A stretch of DNA of 64,000 nt from Candidatus Anammoxibacter sp. (GTDB taxonomy: Bacteria > Planctomycetota > Brocadiia > Brocadiales > Anammoxibacteraceae), in NCBI GenBank assembly GCA_021777055.1, contig JAIQZO010000067.1:135932-199931 (forward strand). Direction: 5' to 3'. This document shows, piece by piece, positions 10,298 to 20,166 of this stretch (positions are counted from its first letter, which is position 1; every line of letters starts with the position of its first letter). The translations under genes were made by a program, and so were the position numbers. The notes beneath the pieces were generated by a model. It was given only the letters and a program-made list of their open reading frames with translations. It ran no database searches and was not told where the DNA came from.

Positions 10298-11322
10298 TGT
10301 TCGGCAAGTGGTAACCCTTCTGCCCCCTTTATTTCTTCCATATTAACCTTATTTTTATTCCAGCCATAAAGCATCAGGATAACTAATCCCATACCCGCCC
10401 ATATAAGTTCACGTAAGCGCCTGAATATGCTATAAGCCATCCCTGACTCCGCGCTTAGCCCAAGTGATGTGAATATCAGTATGCCCCCGCCCTCCACAAC
10501 GCCAAGGCTGCCAGGAATAAAGAAGGAACAACTTTTTACCAACTGAACAATTGATTCAATGGTTAGAGCTTGCAAGAAAGTTATCTCATAACCCATTAAA
10601 TAGAGGATTGTGTAGACTTCTATAAGGCCGGCCATCCATGCAAGGAAATAATACATTAGGGAGAGGTAAAATCTTTTCTTCCTGTATCGATAAAAATATC
10701 TTATCTTTCCATCTAACGATTCGATCTTTTCCTTATTCTTTATCAAGAAATCAAATTTAAAATTAAATCTGTGGAGTAGATTTGATATTGATGTGAAGAG
10801 GCCTTTTCTTTGCCAGACAAAAAAACCGTATACCAATGGTATTGAAGTGACAACTGCGATAGTGACGGTTAATATCAGGTAGCTGTTTGGAGAGAAATAG
10901 TTTGTTGCCGCTACTATGCCGCATATAAGGAAAACAACCTGTGCCATTGTCATCACAGTTTTACCTACAACGACAGATGCCAGGCCATCTTGAAGGGGGA
11001 CATCGTACCGACGTAAGATATAAGCCTTTACAGGCTCTCCTCCTACATATGCTGTAGGTGTTAACACGTTTATTGCCTCTCCCGCCCACCTTACAGGAAA
11101 GATGTATTTCAGTTTTATCCCTTCAAGCCAATGATTAAAAGAAAATTGCCATCCAAGAGTATCAAGAAATGAGACTAAGATAAAAGGTATGAAAATAATG
11201 GGAAATTTGTAACCCATTAACAACAGATTACTATAAATATTGTCCAGCCCGATCTTGTATATAAGAAAAGCGAACAACAAAATTCCTATACTAAAGAACA
11301 GAATCTTTAATTTTTTGACCAT
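10294..11322 (-). CDS. LPG-synthase TM / flippase-like membrane protein (HpnL-like)
   Basis: Multi-TM; GEAINVLTPTAYVGGEPVK and FIPGSLGVVEGG motifs. Confidence 0.8.
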   Translation of the reverse strand: MVKKLKILFFSIGILLFAFLIYKIGLDNIYSNLLLMGYKFPIIFIPFILVSFLDTLGWQFSFNHWLEGIKLKYIFPVRWAGEAINVLTPTAYVGGEPVKAYILRRYDVPLQDGLASVVVGKTVMTMAQVVFLICGIVAATNYFSPNSYLILTVTIAVVTSIPLVYGFFVWQRKGLFTSISNLLHRFNFKFDFLIKNKEKIESLDGKIRYFYRYRKKRFYLSLMYYFLAWMAGLIEVYTILYLMGYEITFLQALTIESIVQLVKSCSFFIPGSLGVVEGGGILIFTSLGLSAESGMAYSIFRRLRELIWAGMGLVILMLYGWNKNKVNMEEIKGAEGLPLAEQ

Positions 11323-12020
11323 CTCTTTTTGTATACTGCAACAAGTATAAGAATGCAGTGCACTTGTACTCCTATCGCAGCTATTATCAATAATAGATGC
11401 AGCATTCCGATAAATGCACTTAAAAGGAAATAAAAGCTGAGGTTCTTATTCAAAGTACCATCAACAAATGCATCTAATTTTGTTGGCTCTTTACCATTTT
11501 CTGTTATGGCAAAACATAATGAATCCTTATCACTATCCCTTTTTACTGCATTGTAAAACACCAAAAGACTTGAAACCAAAATTCCGCAACCAGCCATCGC
11601 TCCCCACACAATGTAAGATGGTTCATTCAAATAAGTGGAAATACCTATTCCGGAAGAAATAACAACTGTGGTTGAAACTATAGCATCTGTAGTTACGTCA
11701 AGCCAGAAGCCAAACCTTGATGATTGATTCTTTTGCCTGGCAATTTCTCCGTCACAGTGATCTACGATTGTATTCACTTGAAAAATAACGGCACCTATTA
11801 GAATATTATAATAACTGCCTTTCATGAAAAAGAATATTGAGGATAGACCTATAAATGCATTAAAGATTGTGACCTGATTTGCGGAAACAGGAGTTCTAAT
11901 AAGAAGTGCAGTAATAAATGATGATATCTTTCTGTTAAGATATTTATCTATAAATCCGTCATTTGGTATACTTTTTCTCTTATTTGTTACCGATTCCGCA
12001 GAAATCGTACTATTTAACAT
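11307..12020 (-). CDS. CDP-alcohol phosphatidyltransferase family protein
   Basis: DHCDGEIAR...GFWLDVTTD signature; start uncertain (ORF track 12065). Confidence 0.9.
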   Translation of the reverse strand: MLNSTISAESVTNKRKSIPNDGFIDKYLNRKISSFITALLIRTPVSANQVTIFNAFIGLSSIFFFMKGSYYNILIGAVIFQVNTIVDHCDGEIARQKNQSSRFGFWLDVTTDAIVSTTVVISSGIGISTYLNEPSYIVWGAMAGCGILVSSLLVFYNAVKRDSDKDSLCFAITENGKEPTKLDAFVDGTLNKNLSFYFLLSAFIGMLHLLLIIAAIGVQVHCILILVAVYKKRWSKN

Positions 12021-12094
12021 ATGCAAATTGCACCAAAGTGCGACAGGAAAAACATTAATGAACAAAAAACATTTCGAACATGGATATCCGAAAA

Positions 12095-12823
12095 CTACAT
12101 TTTAAAACTTTCTTTCATTATCTCTTCTGCTTTCTTCGCGTCTTCCGGGAAATCTATCTCTATCCACGCCATACCGTCAACCGTTTCATAACCAACTGAG
12201 CTCTGTTTAAGGATATTATCATATATCTCTTCATGCTCGCAGTTATCTATACCCCTGTCAATTGCCCTAGACAAGGCCTCTGCAAGTAAACTGGCATCTT
12301 CCCCTGCTAATTTCAAGAAACCGACAGCTTCTCCTGTCAAGTCAAATTGGCCATTAAGCGGCTTCTTGGAAATCGTCAAAACCCTTTCATTCAAGATGCC
12401 TAATTTCTGTTCCTCTCCAGTGTCTTCAAAATCACTATCCATGAGAAAGCAGCTTTTCTTGGGAGAAACAATCAATTTCTCAAGGAGCTTTCTGTTGTAA
12501 ACGACATCAGCATCCATAATAATTACATCATCATTCAGTTCCTCTTTTGCGGTCCACAAAGAGAGAATGCTACCAATCTTATAGTTATCATTAACTATAT
12601 ATTTTATCTTAGTGTCTGGCTCTACCCATTCTAACTCATCATATATCTTCTCTTTTTTATAACCAACAACCAGTATAATATCTTTAATTCCATATGCTAA
12701 TAAATCTTCAACAAGGCGGTTAATAATAGATTTACCGCTTATTTTAAGAAGACATTTGGGGCTATCGTCTATAAATTGGCCCATCCTTTTTCCCACACCT
12801 GCAGCCAGAATAATTGCTTTCAT
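12095..12823 (-). CDS. LicC/PntC-like cytidylyltransferase
   Basis: MKAIILAAGVGKRM..PKCL and WIEIDFPED; start set at internal Met. Confidence 0.88.
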   Translation of the reverse strand: MKAIILAAGVGKRMGQFIDDSPKCLLKISGKSIINRLVEDLLAYGIKDIILVVGYKKEKIYDELEWVEPDTKIKYIVNDNYKIGSILSLWTAKEELNDDVIIMDADVVYNRKLLEKLIVSPKKSCFLMDSDFEDTGEEQKLGILNERVLTISKKPLNGQFDLTGEAVGFLKLAGEDASLLAEALSRAIDRGIDNCEHEEIYDNILKQSSVGYETVDGMAWIEIDFPEDAKKAEEIMKESFKM

Positions 12824-12922
12824 CTCACACTTATTTCCAAAAAAATATGTTATCAAACAGAGCCAGATTAATAAAAGCAACAAGCTGGTCTGTTCTAATC
12901 TAAAATTCCTTAATCATACATT

Positions 12923-14002
12923 TTATAATATCTCTTTAAGTGCAGAAAGAAAGCCTTTGTAATCTTCCATTGAGTGGTCACCCATATTAGAAACTCGAAA
13001 TACCTTATCTTTCAGTTCACCTTGACCTGCATAAATTATGTAGCCATGCTTCTTTAGCTCTCCATGTATATCCTTATATGTAAATCCATTCGGAAGATAT
13101 ACAGACGTAATGGAATTGGAGCAAACATCTTCAGGAAGCAAAAGCTTTAACCCCAAATCTTTAATACCGGCCCGCAAGAAATGTGCTCGTTCTTTATATG
13201 TTTTTACCCTATTATCATAACCTTCATCTGTTAGTTCATCAAGGGCCTCGTCAAATGCATACATTATTTGAACAGATGGAGTGAAAGGTACCTTGGCGCA
13301 AAAGTTGTCATCAACATAGTTTCCTAAATCAAGAAACCCTGATCGTGGAGTAATCTGTTTCATCTGGTTAAAGAGCTCTTTCTTAAAAATAACAAAAGAA
13401 ATTCCAGGAAAGCTGTGAAGACACTTATTTGTCGTTCCAATGCATACATCGATATTATTTTTATAAAAATCTACATTCTCCGCACCCAGACTGCTAACCG
13501 TATCAACAAAGAATATCTTCCCATACTCTTTGCACAACTTTCCAATATCCTCTATTTCGTTTAAAATCCCTGTTGTTGTTTCGTGATGAATAACAGAGAC
13601 GGTTTCTATATTTTTTTCTCTATCAAGGATTGCCTTTATTCTATTAATGTCAGGCGGGGAACCCCATTGGTATTCATCTTTAATAGTCTTTATTTTAAAA
13701 ATTTCTGCTGCGTCAGCCATACGTTCACCATAAACGCCATTACATATGATAAGCATATCTTTGTCTTCTGGCATTATTGATGCGATCGCTGCTTCTTGTG
13801 CCGCAGTACCACAACCGGTAAAGATCGCAACTGTATAGTCTTTTTCAATGCTGAAAACTCGTAAAAGTTTGCTCCTGATACCTTCAAGCAAGTTGACAAA
13901 CTCATCTTCCCTGTGACAAATATCGTCTCTAAGCAATGCGTTGCGTACCCTTGATGTCACATTAACAGGACCGGGGTTTAACAAAATATTTTTTTTTCCC
14001 AT
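12923..14002 (-). CDS. 2-aminoethylphosphonate aminotransferase (PhnW/AepZ, class V PLP)
   Basis: LLNPGP, HHETTTG, DTVSSLG, NKCLHSFPG (PLP Lys); located with ppd and pepM. Confidence 0.9.
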   Translation of the reverse strand: MGKKNILLNPGPVNVTSRVRNALLRDDICHREDEFVNLLEGIRSKLLRVFSIEKDYTVAIFTGCGTAAQEAAIASIMPEDKDMLIICNGVYGERMADAAEIFKIKTIKDEYQWGSPPDINRIKAILDREKNIETVSVIHHETTTGILNEIEDIGKLCKEYGKIFFVDTVSSLGAENVDFYKNNIDVCIGTTNKCLHSFPGISFVIFKKELFNQMKQITPRSGFLDLGNYVDDNFCAKVPFTPSVQIMYAFDEALDELTDEGYDNRVKTYKERAHFLRAGIKDLGLKLLLPEDVCSNSITSVYLPNGFTYKDIHGELKKHGYIIYAGQGELKDKVFRVSNMGDHSMEDYKGFLSALKEIL

Positions 14003-14111
14003 AACGTTCTATAACAATATCAGAAAACTGATCGAAAAATGTTTAATAAACTGAACATACTTGCCAATAATTATTGGTTATCACCAAAACCATATTAATC
14101 TCTATTTGTAT

Positions 14112-15098
14112 TTATTTATAACCCCAGAGTTTTAATAAATCCCCATTGTCGCTCTTGGAATAGTGCCAATATTTTATTAATGTGTCAATGGCATCAGATG
14201 TACGCTCAATATTGCTCTCTTCATTGGGAAAATCACCCCAACCGTCTTCATTTTTAACTGAAATAACCCATTTTAAACCACGTTGAATGATGTTGTCCAT
14301 CTTTGTGCGGTCTAGGCCCTCCAGCATTACCGTTGACAACATTAATGTCCTTAGGGTATCACAAGTGTGGTCCACATCATTAACGTCCCATGCTCCATTC
14401 TCTTCCTGCAAATCAATAAGCCTGTTAACGGCACTCTTATAGACGTTATCTGGAACCTTCTTTGTTATTAATAAATCTGGTAGCAATGAGTCCTGAATAA
14501 TATGTGCGGTCAAACATACACATGATTTATAAAATTTATCATCACTCCAACCGCCATCCGCGCCCTGGTTTTTTAATAAGAACTCTATTCCTTTTGATAA
14601 AGGATTAGAGGCTAAATCCTGCAGGGATTTGTTTGCCAATGTATATATCAAGGAAAGAAATTGTACCGGGTGACTAACTGCATCAATGTCAGCCCATGAA
14701 GGATCTTGCCACAATCCGTCTTCTTTCTGATTATTGGTAAGGTAGTTTGTAAACTTTCTTAATGAATCGTCAATTACACTATCACGGAGTATTTGATTAA
14801 CCCTTATGAGCATTATGGCACAAAAAGTACCCCCCCAGACCTCACTCTTCTTACTTGTGGAGTATGGCGCCCATCCTCCGTCATCATTTTGAAACTTTGT
14901 CAATGCTAGAAAATCATCCCTGTATTTGTCTGCTTTATCCACATGTAGGATAACCCTTAAAATATGTGCAACAACTTCAAGTTCTTGATCTCCTTTTAGT
15001 AAACTCCACTGATCGCTTTTAGAGAACAGACTTTCAGACTCCATATCTATTAATTCTTTTATACTATTCCTGTCTATTAAACCTTGGACTTCCGCCAT
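14112..15098 (-). CDS. prenyltransferase/squalene-cyclase QW-repeat (alpha/alpha)6-barrel protein
   Basis: QNDDGGW, QKEDGLW, QGADGGW, QEENGAW, KNEDGWG repeats; GAGG RBS. Confidence 0.78.
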   Translation of the reverse strand: MAEVQGLIDRNSIKELIDMESESLFSKSDQWSLLKGDQELEVVAHILRVILHVDKADKYRDDFLALTKFQNDDGGWAPYSTSKKSEVWGGTFCAIMLIRVNQILRDSVIDDSLRKFTNYLTNNQKEDGLWQDPSWADIDAVSHPVQFLSLIYTLANKSLQDLASNPLSKGIEFLLKNQGADGGWSDDKFYKSCVCLTAHIIQDSLLPDLLITKKVPDNVYKSAVNRLIDLQEENGAWDVNDVDHTCDTLRTLMLSTVMLEGLDRTKMDNIIQRGLKWVISVKNEDGWGDFPNEESNIERTSDAIDTLIKYWHYSKSDNGDLLKLWGYK

Positions 15099-15137
15099 AA
15101 CTACCTCACTAAAAAAAAACAGATAAATTTCTATAAA

Positions 15138-15692
15138 TCAGATTACAGCCATAAACCTCTTTTTAATCTCTTCGGGGGCGTGCGAGACTCGTTCGATTTT
15201 CTTATCATACTCCGTATTTACCTTTACAAGGATAAATACAGGCCCTTTTATCTTTAAACACTCTTCCGCTATTACACGCAGCTCTCCAGAATTAATAGCT
15301 CTGTATGTTTTTATATAGCCGCTAGCTCGAGCAACCTTCTCAAGTTCAATAACATTTGTTAAAGTTGGTTGATTTCCTGTGGAACCGTATACTTCATTAT
15401 CAAATACAAAATGATAAAAGTTCTCGGGGCAAAGGGTGCCTATCTGTGCCAATGTGCCCATATTCATCAACACATTCCCGTCACCGTCAAAAACAACAAT
15501 CTTTCTTTCCGGTTTGCTAACCGCAATTCCAAGTCCAATTGAAGCTGCTAATCCCATAGAACCGATCATATAAAAATTTTGTGGCCTGTCGTTGATAACA
15601 AAAGATTCACGACAGATCAATCCATTGGCATGGACAACTAGTTCGTCACTCAAAACTGTTAAAACCGTTTTAATTGCTTCGGCCCTTTTCAT
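15138..15692 (-). CDS. phosphonopyruvate decarboxylase beta (ThDP-binding) subunit
   Basis: GSMGLA, DGDGNVLMN...DNEVYGSTG; ComE/Ppd family in pepM context. Confidence 0.88.
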   Translation of the reverse strand: MKRAEAIKTVLTVLSDELVVHANGLICRESFVINDRPQNFYMIGSMGLAASIGLGIAVSKPERKIVVFDGDGNVLMNMGTLAQIGTLCPENFYHFVFDNEVYGSTGNQPTLTNVIELEKVARASGYIKTYRAINSGELRVIAEECLKIKGPVFILVKVNTEYDKKIERVSHAPEEIKKRFMAVI

Positions 15693-16183
15693 CCAAGTAC
15701 CCCATTCTTTATCAGGATTACAACCGGTATACTTTTTTCTTTCATCAGTTTCATAGCGGACATTATAACGTTTTCTATATTCTCTTTTTCTAGTACAAAA
15801 AAAGGAATACCTGCAACACGTAGAATTTTCTCACTTATATCACCTGCGATCAGATGTTCTGGCGCGTCCTTACCTTTATAACCACGCCAGCTTACTAGCA
15901 TAAGACATGGTATTTTATAAATAAGACTGAGTGATGTTAAAACATTGAGTGAATTACCCAAACCGGAATTCTGCATAAGTACTACTGGTGATTTACCTGC
16001 CATATATGCGCCGCTGGCAATACCAACGGCTTCATCTTCTCTTGTTGAGGATACATAAGTAACCGAATCATCATCAATTAATTCTCTGATAATGCCGGTT
16101 AAAATACTGCATGGGACTCCTGAAAAGAAATTAATACCCTGCTGTTTTAATAAATAAATGAACGATGAAGCGTTATATATCAT
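15689..16183 (-). CDS. phosphonopyruvate decarboxylase alpha subunit
   Basis: GVPCS, REDEAVGIASG, MQNSGLGN, WRG...DAPEH; 4-nt overlap with beta subunit. Confidence 0.88.
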   Translation of the reverse strand: MIYNASSFIYLLKQQGINFFSGVPCSILTGIIRELIDDDSVTYVSSTREDEAVGIASGAYMAGKSPVVLMQNSGLGNSLNVLTSLSLIYKIPCLMLVSWRGYKGKDAPEHLIAGDISEKILRVAGIPFFVLEKENIENVIMSAMKLMKEKSIPVVILIKNGVLG

Positions 16184-16292
16184 TTAATGTGTAAATCAAG
16201 GATAAATAGCAAAAAAGTGTCTGCACGTCTACTAGAATTAGATGAAGTGCAGTTTGGGAACTTTAATTAGTTGCTATATTTATAATAATAAA

Positions 16293-17282
16293 CTATTTCT
16301 TCTTCTTCTTCTCTGTGTCATTTTCTTCCACATCGTCATTTTCCGTTAAATTACTGGTAGGGGCAAAAGGATCAAACTTTCCTATTATAGTAGACACAGG
16401 TAATCCCTTGTTAATTTTTTCTACGATTGCGGCCTCTTTTTCATCCTTTAGTGCCTTAATTACCGGTATCCGCAACACTATTTCCCTGCATACTTCTTCA
16501 CTTGCCCTTGAGCGGTATACATCCCTTAATGACATACTGTTCTGAAAAGAGGCGATCACAAAATCAAAGGGATTTGTTGCGACCCTTATTTCATTAGCAG
16601 TCCTTGTCTCCTGTGCTTCAAAGAGTACTGTTCCGTCCTTTGTAGATATGCACCTGACTACCATTCCGATTGCAATTTGGGAAAAGAGAGCATAATATTT
16701 ACTGTCGTACCTTGTAACCTTTCCATAAATTAAGGCATCTGCCCCCAGTATCTCTCCCAATTGTTCAGGTGTGTAGCTGTATAACTTTTCAGGCGTATCT
16801 ATCTTTAAACCATGCAGGATAGCATCCACCGCAATTAATTCTACATCATCAAATTCGCGTGGTACTAAGTGCCCATAAAAATATGTGCGAAGCCTATTGG
16901 CATAAGTCCAGCTCCATTCGTCTTTTTCTTTGGTATCTTCCCGTTTTATCTCAAAGCCGTTTAGAATCAGGTTTCCTCCTATAAGATTTTCAAAAGGAAG
17001 TATAACAATAACCCTAGGAGGGTCTGATATAAGCTTTTTATCATACTTAAAACTGTTTCCTCCCGGATCCAACTGATAAAGTCTGTCCAACTTACCTTTT
17101 CTACCGTGTTCGGCATAATCTTTTTGGTCCAGAAAGAATCCTGCCTGATCATTATCTACTGCTTCTTTTTTATCACGTTTTGAGAAAATGGAGCCGCATC
17201 CAAATAGAGACAATGATAATATAAATGTCAAGAAATAGACTATACCGCAGGTAAATCTCTTTTTTGCCACAAATTTTTTCAT
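16293..17282 (-). CDS. lipoprotein (DUF799/GNA1162-like fold)
   Basis: Lipobox LFGC; VILPFEN and LGADALIYGKV motifs. Confidence 0.65.
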   Translation of the reverse strand: MKKFVAKKRFTCGIVYFLTFILSLSLFGCGSIFSKRDKKEAVDNDQAGFFLDQKDYAEHGRKGKLDRLYQLDPGGNSFKYDKKLISDPPRVIVILPFENLIGGNLILNGFEIKREDTKEKDEWSWTYANRLRTYFYGHLVPREFDDVELIAVDAILHGLKIDTPEKLYSYTPEQLGEILGADALIYGKVTRYDSKYYALFSQIAIGMVVRCISTKDGTVLFEAQETRTANEIRVATNPFDFVIASFQNSMSLRDVYRSRASEEVCREIVLRIPVIKALKDEKEAAIVEKINKGLPVSTIIGKFDPFAPTSNLTENDDVEENDTEKKKKK

Positions 17283-17520
17283 AATTAACCAACCGGTTTA
17301 AAATTTAAAAGCTTTTCAGATAATGCAAAAATTAAACTCTAATATAGCATAAAATAATCTTATAAGTATTAGGTTTTTATTATATTGAAAATTTTATATA
17401 TAACAACTATTATATAATCCATTGTAAATATTTCTCTAAAAATAGTACGTGGGGGCTTTATTCCATGAAATATTCTACTACTATATAACACGTATTACAA
17501 TGAAAGGCAGGTAAAAAGAG

Positions 17521-18186
17521 ATGGTATCGTTAAATTGCAAAGAGACATTCATTGCAAGAATAACATCCGTTAATTTTATTATTATCATTATTACGGCTTT
17601 TATATTACAAATAACCATGGTAAATGCAGACAATTTAACGAAGAAAAATAATAGCACTGAAGTCGCAACTTTTGCCGGCGGATGTTTCTGGTGTATGCAA
17701 CCTCCTTTTGATAAACATGATGGAGTTATCTCTACATTTGTAGGATATACAGGCGGAAATGTTGAGGACCCTACCTACGAAGAAGTTTGTTCCGGTACAA
17801 CAGGACATACTGAAGCGGTGGAGATTGAATTTGATCCGGCAGTGGTATCTTACGATGAATTGCTTAATGTTTTCTGGCGAAATATAGACCCTACTGCACT
17901 TAATTCCCAGTTTGCGGATAGGGGTAGCCAGTACAGAACTGCAATTTTTTATCACAATGACGAGCAGAAGAGATTGGCTGAAGAGTCTAAAGAAAAACTT
18001 GCAAAATCAGGTAAATATGATAAGCCTCTTGTTACAGAGATTACACCGGCAACGGAATTTTATAAAGCAGAAGGGTACCATCAGGAATATTACAAGAAAA
18101 ATTCATATCGATACAAGATGTACAAGTCTGGCTCCGGTAGGGAGAAGTATATAAAAGATGTTTGGGGAGAGACAGATGCAAACTAA
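17521..18186 (+). CDS. msrA: peptide-methionine (S)-S-oxide reductase with N-terminal hydrophobic segment
   Basis: [33 protein letters not shown]. Confidence 0.93.
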   Translation: MVSLNCKETFIARITSVNFIIIIITAFILQITMVNADNLTKKNNSTEVATFAGGCFWCMQPPFDKHDGVISTFVGYTGGNVEDPTYEEVCSGTTGHTEAVEIEFDPAVVSYDELLNVFWRNIDPTALNSQFADRGSQYRTAIFYHNDEQKRLAEESKEKLAKSGKYDKPLVTEITPATEFYKAEGYHQEYYKKNSYRYKMYKSGSGREKYIKDVWGETDAN

Positions 18187-19831
18187 CGGCTTACAGAAGA
18201 ATAAAACACCCATGTTAAAGAAAACGACCCAATTGCGAACACTTATTCAGAGCAATGAACTTGAATTTCTTTTGGAAGCGCACAATGGTATTTCAGCTAA
18301 GATCGTGGAAGAGACAGGTCTTAAAGGGATATGGGCCAGTGGGCTTTCGATTTCGGCATCACAAGGAGTAAGGGATAATAACGAGATCAGCTGGACGCAG
18401 GTACTTGCAAATGTAGAACTCATGAGTGATATAACCAATATTCCTATACTTCTTGATGGCGATACTGGTTATGGTAATTTTAATAATCTACGTAGGCTTG
18501 TAAAAAAGCTTGAACAGCGTGATATTGCTGGTGTATGTATAGAAGATAAACTTTTTCCAAAGACTAACAGTTTTCTACGTACCGACCGTCAGCCGTTAGC
18601 GGATATAAATGAATTTTGTGGAAAGATTAAGGCCGGAAAAGATGTGCAGATGGATGACGATTTTGTTATTGTTGCTCGTGTCGAAGCTTTTATAACGGGA
18701 TGGGGTCTGAATGAAGCGTTGAAAAGGGCTGAGGCCTACAAAGATGCGGGTGCGGACGCTATCTTAATCCACAGTAAGCTTAGTAATGCTAGTGAGGTAT
18801 TTAGCTTTATTAATGAGTGGGAAAACAGGCTTCCGGTTGTAATAGTACCTACTAAATTTTATTCAACTCCAACTGAAAGTTTCAGAGAAAACAAAGTTTC
18901 TGTGGTTATCTGGGCGAACCATATGATACGTGCTGCTGTAACTAGAATGCAGGAGACGGCGAAACAGATTTATAACGATCAATGTCTTCACATGGTGGAA
19001 GATACTATAGTACCGGTAAAGGAGATATTTAGGCTTCAAGATGATCAGGAACTTATTGATGCGGAAAAGATATATCTGGGGGACAGTCCAACCTCTTCTG
19101 TAAATGCCGTTATTCTTGCCGCATCACAAGGAAAACAGCTTGGAAAATTAACAATTGATATGCCAAAGACTATGTTAAGGGTTGGGCGCAAAACGATTTT
19201 GAGGCGAATTGTTGACCATTTGCAAGAGAATCGCATTAACGATATCACTGTAGTGGCTGGTTACAAAAAAGAGGAGATAACGTACTCTGATTTAAATATA
19301 GTTGAAAATAGAGAGCACGAGGACACCGGACAGTTAACATCACTTTTGTGTGCGGTCAGTTCATTGAAAAAGACAACGCTTATAATATTTGGTGATATAA
19401 TCTTCAGAAAATATGTTTTGCAATTAGTGCTTGATGATGACGATGACGAGGATGTTGTAATTATTGTTGATACTAAAATTAATCCTCAAGGGAAGTACAA
19501 ATCTGATTTTGTAAGATCAAAAACAATAAAAGATAATCAATCAATCTTTTGTGATAAAAGTTATGTTAAAGAGATTGTGTTTTCGGAACCGAGCAGTGAA
19601 TATGACGGAGAGTGGATAGGTATAATCAAACTGTCGGGAAAAGCGATAGGATTCGCCAAAGAATTCTTAAAGACGCATAAAGATTCTAAAGATTTCAAGA
19701 GCATGGATATAAATGATCTGATTAACCATTATGTGGGCTCCGGATTTATGGTAAAGATACAGTACATTACAGGTAACTGGATTGATGTCAATAGGGTTTC
19801 AGACCTTACGTTAGCAAATGAACTTTATTGA
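18176..19831 (+). CDS. pepM: phosphoenolpyruvate mutase fused to a C-terminal nucleotidyltransferase
   Basis: Diagnostic [10 protein letters not shown] (EDKx5NS) and DGDTGYG; C-domain VILAASQG...PK...WIDVN; start 18176 has a GGAGA RBS and overlaps the msrA stop. Confidence 0.95.
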   Translation: MQTNGLQKNKTPMLKKTTQLRTLIQSNELEFLLEAHNGISAKIVEETGLKGIWASGLSISASQGVRDNNEISWTQVLANVELMSDITNIPILLDGDTGYGNFNNLRRLVKKLEQRDIAGVCIEDKLFPKTNSFLRTDRQPLADINEFCGKIKAGKDVQMDDDFVIVARVEAFITGWGLNEALKRAEAYKDAGADAILIHSKLSNASEVFSFINEWENRLPVVIVPTKFYSTPTESFRENKVSVVIWANHMIRAAVTRMQETAKQIYNDQCLHMVEDTIVPVKEIFRLQDDQELIDAEKIYLGDSPTSSVNAVILAASQGKQLGKLTIDMPKTMLRVGRKTILRRIVDHLQENRINDITVVAGYKKEEITYSDLNIVENREHEDTGQLTSLLCAVSSLKKTTLIIFGDIIFRKYVLQLVLDDDDDEDVVIIVDTKINPQGKYKSDFVRSKTIKDNQSIFCDKSYVKEIVFSEPSSEYDGEWIGIIKLSGKAIGFAKEFLKTHKDSKDFKSMDINDLINHYVGSGFMVKIQYITGNWIDVNRVSDLTLANELY

Positions 19832-19885
19832 TCTAGTACTGCGTCATCGTTCTAATGACGGGTATGATCTTAAGCCTTATCCGTT

Positions 19886-20026
19886 GTACCTACTTAGGTG
19901 GATAGGCTGAAGACTGAAGGTAAAAGCATAAAGCATTTTTGGTTGCCAGGCTAATGTTAAAAAAGCAAAAACCACAGGATTTTTGCCTTTAAGCTTTACC
20001 TTCAGCCTATCCACCTGAGTAGGTAC
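19886..20026. mobile_element. 141-bp MITE-like element
   Basis: 27-bp TIR GTACCTACTYAGGTGGATAGGCTGAAG (1 mismatch); flanks TATCCGTT/TATTTGTT may be a decayed 8-bp duplication. Confidence 0.75.
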
Positions 20027-20166
20027 TATTTGTTAACAAAAAGAATTTAGATCGAATAGCTATCACCAATACAACATAGTTGTACTAGTAACTTGTTTTG
20101 ATAATAGGGATAAGAGCTCTGTTTCCGGAACGAGAAGGCGAAATAGGAAAACTTGTACGTGCTTTT

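Noticed and set aside
12923-14002. Catabolic PhnW (AEP degradation)
   Set aside because: No phnX, phnA/Y or transporter nearby; the neighbours are biosynthetic.
15138-16183. ComD/ComE sulfopyruvate decarboxylase (coenzyme M) interpretation
   Set aside because: Same family, but the pepM and AEP transaminase context favours phosphonopyruvate decarboxylase.
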